Shown: positions 1-9,424 of the stretch, in pieces
How the letters are laid out: each line of letters begins with the position of its first letter
Position numbering within the stretch: the stretch's first letter is position 1
From: Candidatus Komeilibacteria bacterium
GTDB lineage: Bacteria; Patescibacteriota; Patescibacteriia; UBA1558; UBA10009
DNA: 64,000 nt
NCBI GenBank assembly: GCA_030688315.1
Contig: JAUYIT010000027.1
Coordinates: 33,135-97,134, forward strand
Direction: 5' to 3'
Made by a program: the position numbers and the translations under genes
Notes under the pieces: model-generated
What the model was told of the DNA's origin: nothing
Seen by the model: only the letters and a program-made list of their open reading frames with translations
Database searches by the model: none

Positions 1-22
1 GGCGAGACAAGGAAGCTGAGTA

Positions 23-64
23 AAAACACTTGAGACGTAATACTATTACGTTGAAAGTGTTTTT
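23..64 (-). terminator. putative rho-independent terminator 3' of dsbA-like gene
   Basis: Hairpin aaaaacactt..(acgtaatactattacgt)..aagtgttttt followed by a T-run when read on the minus strand, directly downstream of the stop at 107. Confidence 0.35.
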
Positions 65-106
65 ATAAAAGCTGACGAAGTCGTAGCCAAAAATTTAAAT
101 TTCGCC

Positions 107-853
107 TTAGAGCTGTGAGTCAATAATTGACTTGACGGATTCAAAAGGCAAAGCGCCTCTAACCGGAACGCCGTTAACAAAACTGCCCGGAGTACCATCC
201 ACGCCATAGCTTAAACCTTCCTGATAGTCGGCTTCCACCTTTTGCTGATACTTGCGGGAGGAAACGCATTCTTTGAATTTATTCAGATTAGCCCCGGCTT
301 CTTGGGCTAATTGTTCGTACAAAGCCGTGCCCATGGTTTGCTGATTGGCGTAAATGCCGTCGGTAAACTTCCAAAAACCGTCATTGCCTTTTTGTTCGCC
401 CACGCATTCGCTGGCTTCAGCTGCCGGACGGGCCTGCGGATGCAAGCTGTCTAAAGGAAAATGCTTGTAGATCCAGGCCACTTGGTCGCCATATTCGGAC
501 ATGACCTGCTGCATGGTGGGATGAAATCTTGAGCAGAACGGGCACTGAAAATCGGAAAATTCCACGATTTTGACTTTGGCATCTTTATCGCCCCTAAAGT
601 ATTCGTCTCCGGACAGTTCAATATTAACCGGATTTTCCGCCGAAGGAGCTGGTGCCACATTGTCATTTTCCAAAACCACGGCTTGATTATTGCCCTTAGC
701 CGAAGACGAACCCTCTTTGCCCGAAATCACGCCGGTCAATAAAATAAAGAAACCCACCGTGCATAACAGCAACACTCCGGCGACTAAGCCGAAAATAAAA
801 GTGGTTTTAGGATTAAGCCCGGCAAAGAAACTGCCCTTTTGTTCATCAAACAT
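107..853 (-). CDS. membrane-anchored DsbA-family thiol:disulfide oxidoreductase (thioredoxin fold, CPFC active site)
   Basis: 248 aa. N-terminal TM helix, FSDFQCPFC active-site motif, DsbA/BdbD-like C-terminal region with a TPxxFVNG-like cis-Pro loop. Starts ATG, ends TAA. Confidence 0.8.
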   Translation of the reverse strand: MFDEQKGSFFAGLNPKTTFIFGLVAGVLLLCTVGFFILLTGVISGKEGSSSAKGNNQAVVLENDNVAPAPSAENPVNIELSGDEYFRGDKDAKVKIVEFSDFQCPFCSRFHPTMQQVMSEYGDQVAWIYKHFPLDSLHPQARPAAEASECVGEQKGNDGFWKFTDGIYANQQTMGTALYEQLAQEAGANLNKFKECVSSRKYQQKVEADYQEGLSYGVDGTPGSFVNGVPVRGALPFESVKSIIDSQL

Positions 854-901
854 AGAATTTAAGATTATTAAGGATTATTGAATAAAGACGGAAAAATTAT
901 T

Positions 902-1294
902 TTAAAAAGTTTTTGGCTGAACCAAACCGCCCGAGTAAGCCAATAACAAATCATCAAAGGGCTTAAGCCGCCCCAGGCCGGTTAAGGCATTTGATAAAAG
1001 TTTGAATTTTTCAAAAAATTCCTTTTTAATAACCTCGGTTAAAGAAAAAATCCGCCTTTTTAAAACAACGGCTAAAAAGAAATAAAATATCGCGGCCAAG
1101 CCAAAAATCAGCATGCCGCGCATCACGTTTAAATGGTCCAGATTGATTCCCCCGCAAGAATTGACGCTCAAATTGGTCTGACAGCTTAAAAGCATGTAAA
1201 AATTATGCATGCCGCAATTAGCCAAAGTCAGCGGCATTATAACCACCGACACCAAAAACAGGAGAGAAATGATAAATAAAACCCTGTGATTCAT
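902..1294 (-). CDS. small 2-TM membrane protein with Cys-containing extracytoplasmic loop (possible DsbA redox partner; function unproven)
   Basis: The track ORF 902..1450 overlaps the fusA 3' end. The internal ATG at 1294 (MNHRVLFIISLLF...) avoids the overlap and sits just after a TATAAT-like box. It has two hydrophobic helices and three Cys (NCGMHNFYMLLSC...NSCGG), lies adjacent to dsbA, and carries no recognisable DsbB/VKOR signature. Confidence 0.45.
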   Translation of the reverse strand: MNHRVLFIISLLFLVSVVIMPLTLANCGMHNFYMLLSCQTNLSVNSCGGINLDHLNVMRGMLIFGLAAIFYFFLAVVLKRRIFSLTEVIKKEFFEKFKLLSNALTGLGRLKPFDDLLLAYSGGLVQPKTF

Positions 1295-1382
1295 GAAAAT
1301 ATTATACCAAAAACACCTAAAAAAGAAAAGGATTAAAAAAAGTCCCGTTTTTAAACGGGACTTTTGATAAAACGATTTTAAT

Positions 1383-3464
1383 TTATTTCTTCCCTCTGGC
1401 TTCCACAATTTCCGCTTCCACGTTTTTGGGCACTTCGGCGTAATGGTCAAATTCCATGGAGTAAGAAGCCCGGCCCTGAGTTAACGAGCGGAGCGAAGTG
1501 GCGTAGCCAAACATGGCCGCGAGCGGCACCATGCCGTCAATCACCTTCATTTGCGACCGGTCGGTCATTTCATTAATCTGTCCGCGCTTGGAGTTAAGGT
1601 CGCCGATTACATCACCCATAAATTCTTCGGGCGTGACAATTTCAATTTTCATCACCGGTTCCAGCAGAACCAACCCGGCTTTACGTGCCGCTGACTGAAA
1701 AGCCATGGAGCCGGCAATTTTAAAAGCCGCTTCAGAAGAGTCAACATCGTGGTACGAACCATCGTACAGCGTGACTTCAAAATCGATAAACGGATAACCG
1801 GCTAGCACGCCATTGTCGGAGGCCTCTTTAATACCTTTTTGAATAGGCGTGATAAATTCCTTGGGAATGGCGCCGCCCTTAATTTCATCCACAAATTCAA
1901 AACCTTTACCTCTTTCCAACGGTTTGATCCTGATTAAGCAATGGCCGTATTGACCGCGGCCGCCCGATTGGCGGATGTACTTGCCTTCGGCTTCGGCTTC
2001 ACCTCTAATGGTTTCTTTGTATGCCACCTGGGGTTTACCCACGTTGCATTCAACTTTGAATTCACGTTTCATTCTATCAACAATAATATCCAAATGCAGT
2101 TCGCCCATGCCCGAGATAATGGTTTGCAAAGTTTCTTCGTCGGTTTTAACGCGGAAAGTGGGATCTTCTTCCATTAGTTTTTGCATAGCCATACCCATTC
2201 TTTCCTGATCCTGCTTAGTTTTGGGCTCAATAGCCACGGAAATAACCGGGTCAGGGAAAATAATGGATTCCAGCACCACACGGCGATCTTCGGAACACAA
2301 GGTATTGCCGGTGTAAGTTGACTTCATGCCCACCAAGGCGGCAATGTCGCCCGCGTAAACTTCATCCACCTCTTCGCGGTGGTTGGCGTGCATAATCAAC
2401 ACGCGGCCGACTCTTTCCCGTTCGCCGGAAGTGGTGTTATAAATATAAGAACCGGCCTTAAGCGAGCCCGAGTAAACCCGGAAAAAACACAGTTTGCCCA
2501 CAAACGGATCAGTAGCGATTTTAAAAGCCAGAGCGGTAAACGGCTCATTATCCACCGGCTTGCACAAAACTTTTTTATCCAAATCATCGGCCATGGAGGC
2601 CTCCAAAGGCGGTACATCCAACGGCGAAGGCAAATAATCACAGACCGCGTCTAGCAAAAACTGCACGCCTTTGTTTTTTAAAGCGCTGCCGCAAAAGATC
2701 AGCACCAATTGATTGGTAATCACGGCGTGGCGGGCGGCCTTTTTAAATTCCTCAATGGAAATTTCCTGGCCTTCCAGATATTTGGTCATTAAAGCGTCGT
2801 CGGTTCCGGCTACGGCCTCAAACAGCTGATCGCGGTATTTTTCCACCAGTTCTTTCATGTCTTCCGGCACTTCGGTTTCTTCCACATCTTTGCCCAAATC
2901 ATCGCGGTAATAATAGGCCTTGCGATTCAGTAAATCCACAATACCGGCAAAGGTATCGGCCGCGCCAATCGGCAATTGCACCGGATAAGCGGCTTTAGTT
3001 AAACGATTATGAATTGAGGCCTCGTCTTTATAAAAATCGGCGCCCATGCGGTCCATTTTATTGATGAAGCAAATGCGGGGCACGTGGAATTTTTCGGCCT
3101 GATGCCAAACGGTTTCGGATTGCGGTTCCACGCCGGCCACGCCGTCAAACACCACCACGCCGCCGTCTAAAACCCTTAAAGAGCGTTGAACTTCCACGGT
3201 AAAGTCAATGTGGCCCGGGGTGTCGATAATATTAATCTGGCAATCTTTCCAAAAACAGGTGGTAGCGGCGGAAGTAATGGTAATACCCCGTTCCTTTTCC
3301 TGTTCCATCCAGTCCATTTCGGCGGCGCCTTCGTGCACTTCGCCGATTTTGTGCTTTTTGCCGGTGTAAAACAAAATCCGTTCACTAACGGTGGTTTTAC
3401 CGGCGTCAATGTGGGCAATAATGCCGATGTTGCGGTATTTTTCTAAAGGATATTTTCGGGGCAT
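1383..3464 (-). CDS. fusA: elongation factor G
   Basis: 693 aa. GTPase G1 motif [20 protein letters not shown] domains II-V. Conserved str-operon position after rpsL-rpsG. Confidence 0.97.
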   Translation of the reverse strand: MPRKYPLEKYRNIGIIAHIDAGKTTVSERILFYTGKKHKIGEVHEGAAEMDWMEQEKERGITITSAATTCFWKDCQINIIDTPGHIDFTVEVQRSLRVLDGGVVVFDGVAGVEPQSETVWHQAEKFHVPRICFINKMDRMGADFYKDEASIHNRLTKAAYPVQLPIGAADTFAGIVDLLNRKAYYYRDDLGKDVEETEVPEDMKELVEKYRDQLFEAVAGTDDALMTKYLEGQEISIEEFKKAARHAVITNQLVLIFCGSALKNKGVQFLLDAVCDYLPSPLDVPPLEASMADDLDKKVLCKPVDNEPFTALAFKIATDPFVGKLCFFRVYSGSLKAGSYIYNTTSGERERVGRVLIMHANHREEVDEVYAGDIAALVGMKSTYTGNTLCSEDRRVVLESIIFPDPVISVAIEPKTKQDQERMGMAMQKLMEEDPTFRVKTDEETLQTIISGMGELHLDIIVDRMKREFKVECNVGKPQVAYKETIRGEAEAEGKYIRQSGGRGQYGHCLIRIKPLERGKGFEFVDEIKGGAIPKEFITPIQKGIKEASDNGVLAGYPFIDFEVTLYDGSYHDVDSSEAAFKIAGSMAFQSAARKAGLVLLEPVMKIEIVTPEEFMGDVIGDLNSKRGQINEMTDRSQMKVIDGMVPLAAMFGYATSLRSLTQGRASYSMEFDHYAEVPKNVEAEIVEARGKK

Positions 3465-3498
3465 ATGATAGTTTATGAATTAATTGATGAGAAGCGAC

Positions 3499-3632
3499 GG
3501 TACAAAAGCCATTGCGGTCATTGCGAGGAGCTTCAGCGACGAAGCAATCCCGTTGTTTATGGTATGAGTATCGGGATTGCTTCGCCCCGACGTAAAGTCG
3601 GGGCTCGCAATGACAGTACGGGCTTTTGTACC
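3499..3632. repeat. GC-rich nested-palindrome (MITE/REP-like) repeat, copy 1, in the rpsG-fusA intergenic region
   Basis: Outer inverted repeat ggtacaaaagcc/gggcttttgtacc enclosing modules gtcattgcgagg...cctcgcaatgac, gacgaagcaatccc...gggattgcttcgcc and ccccgacgtaaagtcgggg. The same modules recur at 17738, 34097, 53351 and elsewhere. The 78-aa plus-strand track ORF 3465..3701 is simply its translation. Confidence 0.8.
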
Positions 3633-3655
3633 GGAGCGAGCGGGTCGCGGGGTGA

Positions 3656-4120
3656 TTATGCGAAGTGGGCAAAAGCCTTGTTGGCTTCAGCCATGCGATG
3701 AGTATCTTCACGCTTTTTAACGGCGTCGCCTTCGCCTTTGGCTGCCGACATCAGTTCGTTGGCCAATTTATCGGCCATGGGCTTGCCTTTGCGGCTGGCG
3801 GCGGCATTAATGATCCACCTAAACCCTAACGACAATTTGCGGTCGCCGGCCACCACCATCGGAATCTGATAGTTGGCGCCGCCGATTCTTTTACCCTTAA
3901 CTTCCACGGTGGGTGAAACGTGCTTTAAGGCCTCTTCAAAAACTTGCAAAGGATCGCTTTTGGTGGCCTCGGCAATTTTTTTAAAGGCGCCGTAAACAAT
4001 GCTCTGGGCCGTGGCCTTTTTGCCATCGCTCATAATGTAATTAATGAACTTGGCGATTTTAACGCTCTTAAACTGGGAATCCGGAGCGATTTTTCTTTTG
4101 GGTGCTTGTTTGCCTCTCAT
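3656..4120 (-). CDS. rpsG: 30S ribosomal protein S7
   Basis: 154 aa with S7 signature regions (KRKIAPD..., GKKATAQSIVYGAF..., PMVVAGDRK...). Lies between rpsL and fusA. Confidence 0.95.
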   Translation of the reverse strand: MRGKQAPKRKIAPDSQFKSVKIAKFINYIMSDGKKATAQSIVYGAFKKIAEATKSDPLQVFEEALKHVSPTVEVKGKRIGGANYQIPMVVAGDRKLSLGFRWIINAAASRKGKPMADKLANELMSAAKGEGDAVKKREDTHRMAEANKAFAHFA

Positions 4121-4162
4121 AGATGATAGTTAAAAAATTAAGATTGATGAAACGCTTAAAGA

Positions 4163-4588
4163 TTATTTCTTGGCTTTTTCTTTCTTGGCGCCGTACAGCG
4201 AACGGCTCTGCTTTCTGCCTTCCACGCCGCGGGAATCGTAGCGGCCGCGCACAATGTGATAACGCACACCGGGCAAATCTTTTACCCTGCCGCCGCGGAT
4301 CATCACAATGGAGTGTTCCTGCAAATTGTGGCCGATGCCCGGAATGTAAGCGGTAACTTCCATGCCGTTACTTAAACGGACCCTGGCAATTTTTCGCAAG
4401 GCCGAGTTCGGTTTTTTAGGCGTGGTAGTGGTAACCTTAACGCACACGCCGCGCTTAAAGGGCGAACCCTTCAATTCTTCTTTTTTGGTTCTTCTTAAAG
4501 TATTTTGCCTTAACAGCAAAGCCGGGGTCTTGGACTTTTTACCGCCCCTGCCACGGCCTTTTCTGACCAATTGATTGATTGTTGGCAT
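4163..4588 (-). CDS. rpsL: 30S ribosomal protein S12
   Basis: 141 aa. [12 protein letters not shown]..., [30 protein letters not shown]. Has the Gram-positive-type N-terminal insertion. Confidence 0.95.
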   Translation of the reverse strand: MPTINQLVRKGRGRGGKKSKTPALLLRQNTLRRTKKEELKGSPFKRGVCVKVTTTTPKKPNSALRKIARVRLSNGMEVTAYIPGIGHNLQEHSIVMIRGGRVKDLPGVRYHIVRGRYDSRGVEGRKQSRSLYGAKKEKAKK

Positions 4589-4807
4589 AGTTATGATTTG
4601 TCGAGCTTAGCTCGATTTGATTATAAATTGATGACTAACTTGATTTAATAAATTAAAAAAGATAACTGATCAAGATTTTCAAAACTAAAGTGAAATTTGA
4701 CCGGTTATCGTCAATGTCCGCTGGGTACTGTTATTCCCCAAGCGGAAATATTCACTTTTTCTTAAAAACTTAACTTGGCAGAATTATATCAAAGCGGACG
4801 AAATAAG

Positions 4808-5452
4808 TCAAGCAGCGCCAAACAGGCGGCCGATGAGGTTGAAAAAGAAATTAAACAAACCGGAAAAAACGCCGATGTTGGAAAAGTTATCAATCAAAAT
4901 CAGCCCGAGTAAAATAAACGGCCCGCGGGTGGCAAACTTGACCTTAAAATCATTAAACTTATCGGGCAAAGCGTTCATTAAAATATGCGACCCGTCCAAA
5001 GGCGGAATGGGCAGCAAATTAAAAACGCCGAGAATCAGATTAATTACCACCAGCATGTACACAAAATTGACCAGCAGATTTTCCGGACCCAAAGCGGTTT
5101 GCGTGGCCAAAAATTTGAATAAAAAACCGAAGATGATCACGCTGGCAAAATTAACCGCGATGCCGGCCAAGGAAACCAGATTGTCGCTTAATTTGCCGCG
5201 TTTGAGGTTATTAGGATTAACAGGCGTGGGGCGGCCCCAGCCAAAACCGGCCAAGACGAGCATCAAAATGCCGATGGCGTCAATGTGCACCAGCGGGTTT
5301 AACGTCAGCCGCCCCGCTTGTTTGGCCGTATCGTCGCCCTGCCAGTAAGCGGCCAAAGCGTGGGCGAATTCATGAACGGTAATGCCGTAAACAATGGCCA
5401 ACAACCAGGCCACAAACAACATTGGTTCTTGGAACAATAAATTCAAAATCAT
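4808..5452 (-). CDS. site-2 protease family (peptidase M50) membrane metalloprotease
   Basis: HEFAHALAA (HExxH) in a TM helix plus an NLLPIPPLDG (LDG) motif, polytopic. The track ORF extends to 5509 across the tRNA-Pro gene (the WFESS-type artefact MREVVGSNPTT); start trimmed to the ATG at 5452. Confidence 0.8.
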   Translation of the reverse strand: MILNLLFQEPMLFVAWLLAIVYGITVHEFAHALAAYWQGDDTAKQAGRLTLNPLVHIDAIGILMLVLAGFGWGRPTPVNPNNLKRGKLSDNLVSLAGIAVNFASVIIFGFLFKFLATQTALGPENLLVNFVYMLVVINLILGVFNLLPIPPLDGSHILMNALPDKFNDFKVKFATRGPFILLGLILIDNFSNIGVFSGLFNFFFNLIGRLFGAA

Positions 5453-5469
5453 ACTACTATAAGTAAAGT

Positions 5470-5546
5470 TGGTCGGGGTAGTCGGATTTGAACCGACGAC
5501 CTCACGCACCCCATGCGTGCGCGCTAGCCAACTGCGCTATACCCCG
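5470..5546 (-). tRNA. tRNA-Pro (anticodon GGG)
   Basis: Reverse complement gives CGGGGTA-TA-GCGC-AGTTGGCTA-GCGC-G-CACGC-ATGGGGT-GCGTG-AGGTC-GTCGG-TTCAAAT-CCGAC-TACCCCG-A-CCA. It has the C1:G72 pair typical of bacterial tRNA-Pro and an encoded CCA. Confidence 0.85.
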
Positions 5547-5636
5547 ATGCTAGTATTATAATGATAAATCTGGATTTGACAAGCTTTGGAAGAATTTTAC
5601 CGACGTGTTATAATAATTATGTAATCAATAAACCCT

Positions 5637-6167
5637 ATGAAAAAAATAGTCAATTACTTCATTTTAATCGTCATCTTGATTGTTATCGCGGTTTTAGCCG
5701 TTAGCTTTTGGCCTAAAAAACAAGTTGTAATCGTCAACAGCTTTGAAGATTGCGTAGCGGCCGGCTATCCGGTTATGGAATCTTACCCCCGCCAATGCCG
5801 GGCTAATGACCAAACTTTTGTTGAAGATATAGGTAATGAACTAGCCAAGGCGGATTTAATCAGGATCGACTATCCCCGCCCCAATCAGACCATTACCAGT
5901 CCTTTGGAAATTACCGGCCAAGCCAGAGGCACTTGGTATTTTGAAGCTAGCTTTCCGGTGGAATTAAGAGATGCCAACGGCAATCTGCTTATCCAGTATT
6001 ACGCGCAAGCCCAAGGCGAGTGGATGACCGCCGACTTTGTGCCGTTTAAATCAATTTTGGAATTTACCAAACCAAGCACACCCACCGGCCAATTAATTTT
6101 AAGAAAAGATAATCCGTCTGGTTTGCCGGAACATGATGACCAACTGATTGTGCCAATTAAATTCTAG
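5637..6167 (+). CDS. signal-anchored secreted protein (Ig-like/Gmad2-type domain), function unknown
   Basis: 176 aa. N-terminal hydrophobic helix followed by a beta-rich domain. No catalytic motifs. Confidence 0.5.
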   Translation: MKKIVNYFILIVILIVIAVLAVSFWPKKQVVIVNSFEDCVAAGYPVMESYPRQCRANDQTFVEDIGNELAKADLIRIDYPRPNQTITSPLEITGQARGTWYFEASFPVELRDANGNLLIQYYAQAQGEWMTADFVPFKSILEFTKPSTPTGQLILRKDNPSGLPEHDDQLIVPIKF

Positions 6168-6173
6168 CTGACT

Positions 6174-6881
6174 ATGAAACAAAAGCCATTGTTGGGTTTT
6201 TCTTTATCCAACTTTATTTTTTTTACCAATACCAAATTGGTTTTTATCTTGAAAAAATTAAAAGAAATCGCGCCCCAAGCCACGGCCGTGGAACTTTCAC
6301 ATCATTATCCTTTTACCGACATTCTTAAAAACGCTCAAGCCATTCAGCGCTATCAATACCGATCTTTTCATTTGCCCAAAAAGGGTTATGCCGCCTGCGT
6401 TAAAGCTCTTAATCGTTATCAGGATAAGTTAAAGCTTAACGCCCTGATTATGCATCCCTGCGATATCAAGGGCTGGTCCGGTTTAAAAAATTCCAAAATT
6501 CCCGTGCTGATTGAAAACATGGACAATCACAAAAAAAGCTTCCGCGCACCGGAAGAATTGGCTAAACTTTTTAAGAAACACGATTTTAATTTGTGTCTTG
6601 ATTTAAACCATTTAAAAACCAATGGCTATAACCGCCAACAATGGCTGAAACAATTTTCCTCTAGAATAAAGCAGGTCCACTTGGCCGGCGTGGACCATGG
6701 CCATTACAAAACCTCAACCGGCATCAACGAAATGCGCCACGCTTTATGCTTGTTTGATCAGGAGATAGTTAAAAATTTAAACGTCAAGCAATATCCTGTT
6801 ATTTTAGAAGGCGTTATGCCTCCCAACCGCTGGGATTTGGCCAAACAGGAGTTTGAGTTGGTCAGAAAAAGATTGCTTTAA
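6174..6881 (+). CDS. TIM-barrel sugar-phosphate isomerase/epimerase-like (xylose isomerase-like fold) protein
   Basis: 235 aa with a pattern of His/Asp/Glu-containing strands (LIMHPCD, VLIENMD, QVHLAGVDHGH) typical of AP-endonuclease-2 / xylose-isomerase-like TIM barrels. The assignment is weak. Confidence 0.4.
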   Translation: MKQKPLLGFSLSNFIFFTNTKLVFILKKLKEIAPQATAVELSHHYPFTDILKNAQAIQRYQYRSFHLPKKGYAACVKALNRYQDKLKLNALIMHPCDIKGWSGLKNSKIPVLIENMDNHKKSFRAPEELAKLFKKHDFNLCLDLNHLKTNGYNRQQWLKQFSSRIKQVHLAGVDHGHYKTSTGINEMRHALCLFDQEIVKNLNVKQYPVILEGVMPPNRWDLAKQEFELVRKRLL

Positions 6882-6920
6882 CCATCCGTGGAAATCCGTG
6901 TCCAATCAGTGCAATCGGTG

Positions 6921-8684
6921 TTATTGAATAAACCCGCCGGCCTGGCGTTCCCACAATTTTTTGTACAGGCCGTTTTTTTGTTTAAGCAATTGCTGATGAG
7001 TACCCTCTTCCACCACTTTGCCCTGATCTATAACCACAATCCGATCCATTTTCATGATGGTTGAAAGACGGTGAGCAATCACAATCACGGTTTTATCTTT
7101 CATTAAAGTATCCAGCGCTTCCTGAATCAAACGCTCCGACTCGCTATCCAAACTGGAAGTGGCCTCGTCCATCACCAAAATGGGGGCGTTTTTTAAAATG
7201 GCCCGGGCAATGGCCACGCGTTGGCGCTCGCCGCCCGAAAGCTTAATACCCCGTTCGCCCACATAGGTTTGATAGCCCTCGGAAAAACCACTAATAAAAT
7301 CGTGGGCGTTGGCCTGCCCGGCCGCGCCAACCGCCTCTTCATCGGTTGCCTCGGGCCGGCCATATTTAATATTTTCCATTAAAGTACGGTGGAATAAAAT
7401 AGGGTCTTGGGGAACCAAGGCGATATTTTGCCACAAACTATCCAATGTAACTTGGGAAAGTTTTTGCCCGTCAATTAAAATTTTGCCTTTTTCCAAATCG
7501 TAATTCCGTAACAGCAAATTAACCACGGTTGATTTACCCGCGCCCGAAGGCCCAATTAGGGCCACTCTTTCTTTGGGCTTGATAATTAAATTCAAATCGT
7601 CAATCACCCGCCGGGTTTGGTTGTAATTGAAAGTAACGGACTTAAATTCAATCGTTCCGTCAACAGCCGACAAATCCTTGGCCTTATGAACGTCCTTTAT
7701 TTCATGAGGTGTTTCCAAAATTTCCGTCATTTCATTGGCGTCGGCCAAGTGCTCATAATAGTGCCGGATGATCCGGCCAAAGTTCCACAGACGATGAAAA
7801 ATAGTCAGCAGATAGGCCTGAATCAAAACAAAATCGCCGATACTAACCAAACCCCGCTGCCACATTTTAACGGCAAAATAAAAAATGCCGATTTCCAAAA
7901 AAATCATTAAAATGCCCTGCACTGCCTCAAAGGCCGCGCCCAAGTTCCAGCAAAAAATTCTGATTTTTTTCAACCGGTTGTTAACCGAACCAAAAAAACT
8001 TTTTTCCCGTTCGTAGCCGTTAAACAATTTGATGTTCTGATGGTTGGTAATACTATCGGCCAACACCGCGGTAATCCGCGAATCGGCTTCGGTCCGCTGA
8101 AAATCGTACTTTAATTTATACAAACTGAAAAAATAATTAATGGTCAGGTAAATCGCCACCCAAACCAAAACAATCACGCCCAACAACCGATTGCGGACGG
8201 CCAAAATCACCGTTACAAAAACCACGTCCACAAAAATCGGTAAAAATTCAAAAATCAAAGTGTCAAAAATCTGTTCAAAGGAGCGTGAAAAACGGTTGGC
8301 CTTTTTAACCAGCGAACCCACAAAAGTATTATTGAAAAAATTTATGGAATGTTTATGGATGTAGGCAAAAGTGCTGTTGGCCAAATCCACCATAATAGTG
8401 TTTTGCAGATAACTTAAGCCAAAGGTGCCGATCCGCCAAAACACCCAGCCGATTAAATAAAAAGCCAGGGCTTTAACCAGTAGATCCACTAACAACGGCG
8501 CTTTGTCGGCCACTTCGCCGCTGCCCGCTAAAATATCAAAAAAATGCTTATAAAAAATCGGCACGATTAAATGCGCCGAGGAAGCCAAAATTACCGAAAC
8601 CACAATCACGCCGCCCAACAGCGAGTAACGGCGGACGTGTTGCCAATAAATTTTAAATGTTTGTTTGGTAAAACTTTTGGGCAT
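6921..8684 (-). CDS. ABC transporter, fused permease/ATP-binding protein (type I exporter, MsbA-like)
   Basis: 587 aa. Six-TM N-terminal domain, then Walker A GPSGAGKST, signature LSGGERQRVAIARAIL, Walker B ILVMDEATSSLD and an H-loop. Confidence 0.92.
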   Translation of the reverse strand: MPKSFTKQTFKIYWQHVRRYSLLGGVIVVSVILASSAHLIVPIFYKHFFDILAGSGEVADKAPLLVDLLVKALAFYLIGWVFWRIGTFGLSYLQNTIMVDLANSTFAYIHKHSINFFNNTFVGSLVKKANRFSRSFEQIFDTLIFEFLPIFVDVVFVTVILAVRNRLLGVIVLVWVAIYLTINYFFSLYKLKYDFQRTEADSRITAVLADSITNHQNIKLFNGYEREKSFFGSVNNRLKKIRIFCWNLGAAFEAVQGILMIFLEIGIFYFAVKMWQRGLVSIGDFVLIQAYLLTIFHRLWNFGRIIRHYYEHLADANEMTEILETPHEIKDVHKAKDLSAVDGTIEFKSVTFNYNQTRRVIDDLNLIIKPKERVALIGPSGAGKSTVVNLLLRNYDLEKGKILIDGQKLSQVTLDSLWQNIALVPQDPILFHRTLMENIKYGRPEATDEEAVGAAGQANAHDFISGFSEGYQTYVGERGIKLSGGERQRVAIARAILKNAPILVMDEATSSLDSESERLIQEALDTLMKDKTVIVIAHRLSTIMKMDRIVVIDQGKVVEEGTHQQLLKQKNGLYKKLWERQAGGFIQ

Positions 8685-8763
8685 AATTGATGAAAAAACA
8701 GGGCTGTTCTGTCATAATTAACAGGCCCCTCGTATAATAAGACGTAAAATTAGCCCTTTTGTT

Positions 8764-9017
8764 ACAAAAAACCTCTAAAATAAGAGGTTTTTGAGTACGG
8801 GGTAGCCCCTCCGACAGAAGAGCATGATTGGAAGTTACTCTATCCAGACGAGCCACTAGTTTCCTGGAGCCACTGAAGTTCATTACAACCTCTTCTTGAC
8901 TTTCGGAGAAAAAGTTACGGCTGCGGGATGTTCGCAAGAGTTCGACTGATAAGCCGCCTCTAATGTGGAACTTCCTATCATCTTAATTGTATAGCTCCAA
9001 TCCGCTTTTATCGGAGG
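8764..9017 (-). ncRNA. candidate structured small RNA (unclassified; 5'/3' ends can pair as in 6S-type or P1-type closing stems)
   Basis: 460-bp gap with no credible ORF. A minus-strand sigma70-like promoter (TTGCCA-17 nt-TATACT) sits at 9025-9053 and an intrinsic terminator (ACCTCT-aaaataag-AGAGGT + T-run) at about 8766-8795. The 5' segment GTACCCTCCGA is complementary to the 3' segment TCGGAGGGGCTAC. No RNase P P4, tmRNA T-arm/tag or SRP helix-8 consensus was recognised. Confidence 0.35.
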
Positions 9018-9053
9018 GTACTTTAAGTATAGCAATCCCGTGATGGACTGGCA
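9018..9053 (-). promoter_or_regulatory. sigma70-like promoter for the candidate ncRNA
   Basis: Minus strand reads ttgccagtccatcacgggattgctatactt: TTGCCA, a 17-nt spacer, then TATACT. Confidence 0.45.
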
Positions 9054-9148
9054 AGCTTTTTTTGATAAAAATAAGGTCTTTTACCTAGCTTTAGCCAATC
9101 ACAAAAAATATATAAGCAAAATAGTTTAACTCAAACAATTTTTGGATA

Positions 9149-9424
9149 CTATTTTTGAAAAGCTGAGCCTAATTTACTCTTTGGAATGCTTTCATCAACT
9201 ACAGCGTCATTCTTTTCTTTGGATTCTTTGGATGGCGCATTTGATTCCGTACCTGATGGTTGAAAAGCTCCGCCAAGTTTAACTTCAATGGGTGTTACCG
9301 GCACTTGTTCCTTATTTTGTCGTTCTAAAGCTTCCCTACCTAAATCTGCTAAATGTAAAAGATCTTTGCCTTTTTTTTCCTCACCCTCAGTAGGGTTAAA
9401 AACTGGTCCTTGTTCTATTCCCAT
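9149..9424 (-). CDS. hypothetical low-complexity Lys/Glu/Ser-rich protein
   Basis: 91-aa ORF with no motif and a weak start context. It may not be expressed. Confidence 0.25.
   Translation of the reverse strand: MGIEQGPVFNPTEGEEKKGKDLLHLADLGREALERQNKEQVPVTPIEVKLGGAFQPSGTESNAPSKESKEKNDAVVDESIPKSKLGSAFQK

Noticed and set aside
3465-3701. 78-aa plus-strand ORF between fusA and rpsG
   Set aside because: It is the literal translation of the nested-palindrome repeat element and has no start context, so it is not a gene.
8653-8937. 94-aa minus-strand ORF in the 8.7-9.1 kb gap
   Set aside because: It overlaps the ABC-transporter start, has no RBS or promoter logic and a low-complexity translation. 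The region is better explained as a promoter- and terminator-bounded ncRNA.
8764-9017. Specific identity of the candidate ncRNA (RNase P, tmRNA, SRP, 6S)
   Set aside because: I looked for the RNase P P4 strands (GGAAAGUCCGGGCUCC / ACAGAANCCGGCUUA), a tmRNA T-arm/CCA end or tag ORF, and the SRP helix-8 motif (GGAA...AGCAG). None is present, so only an unclassified structured RNA is claimed.
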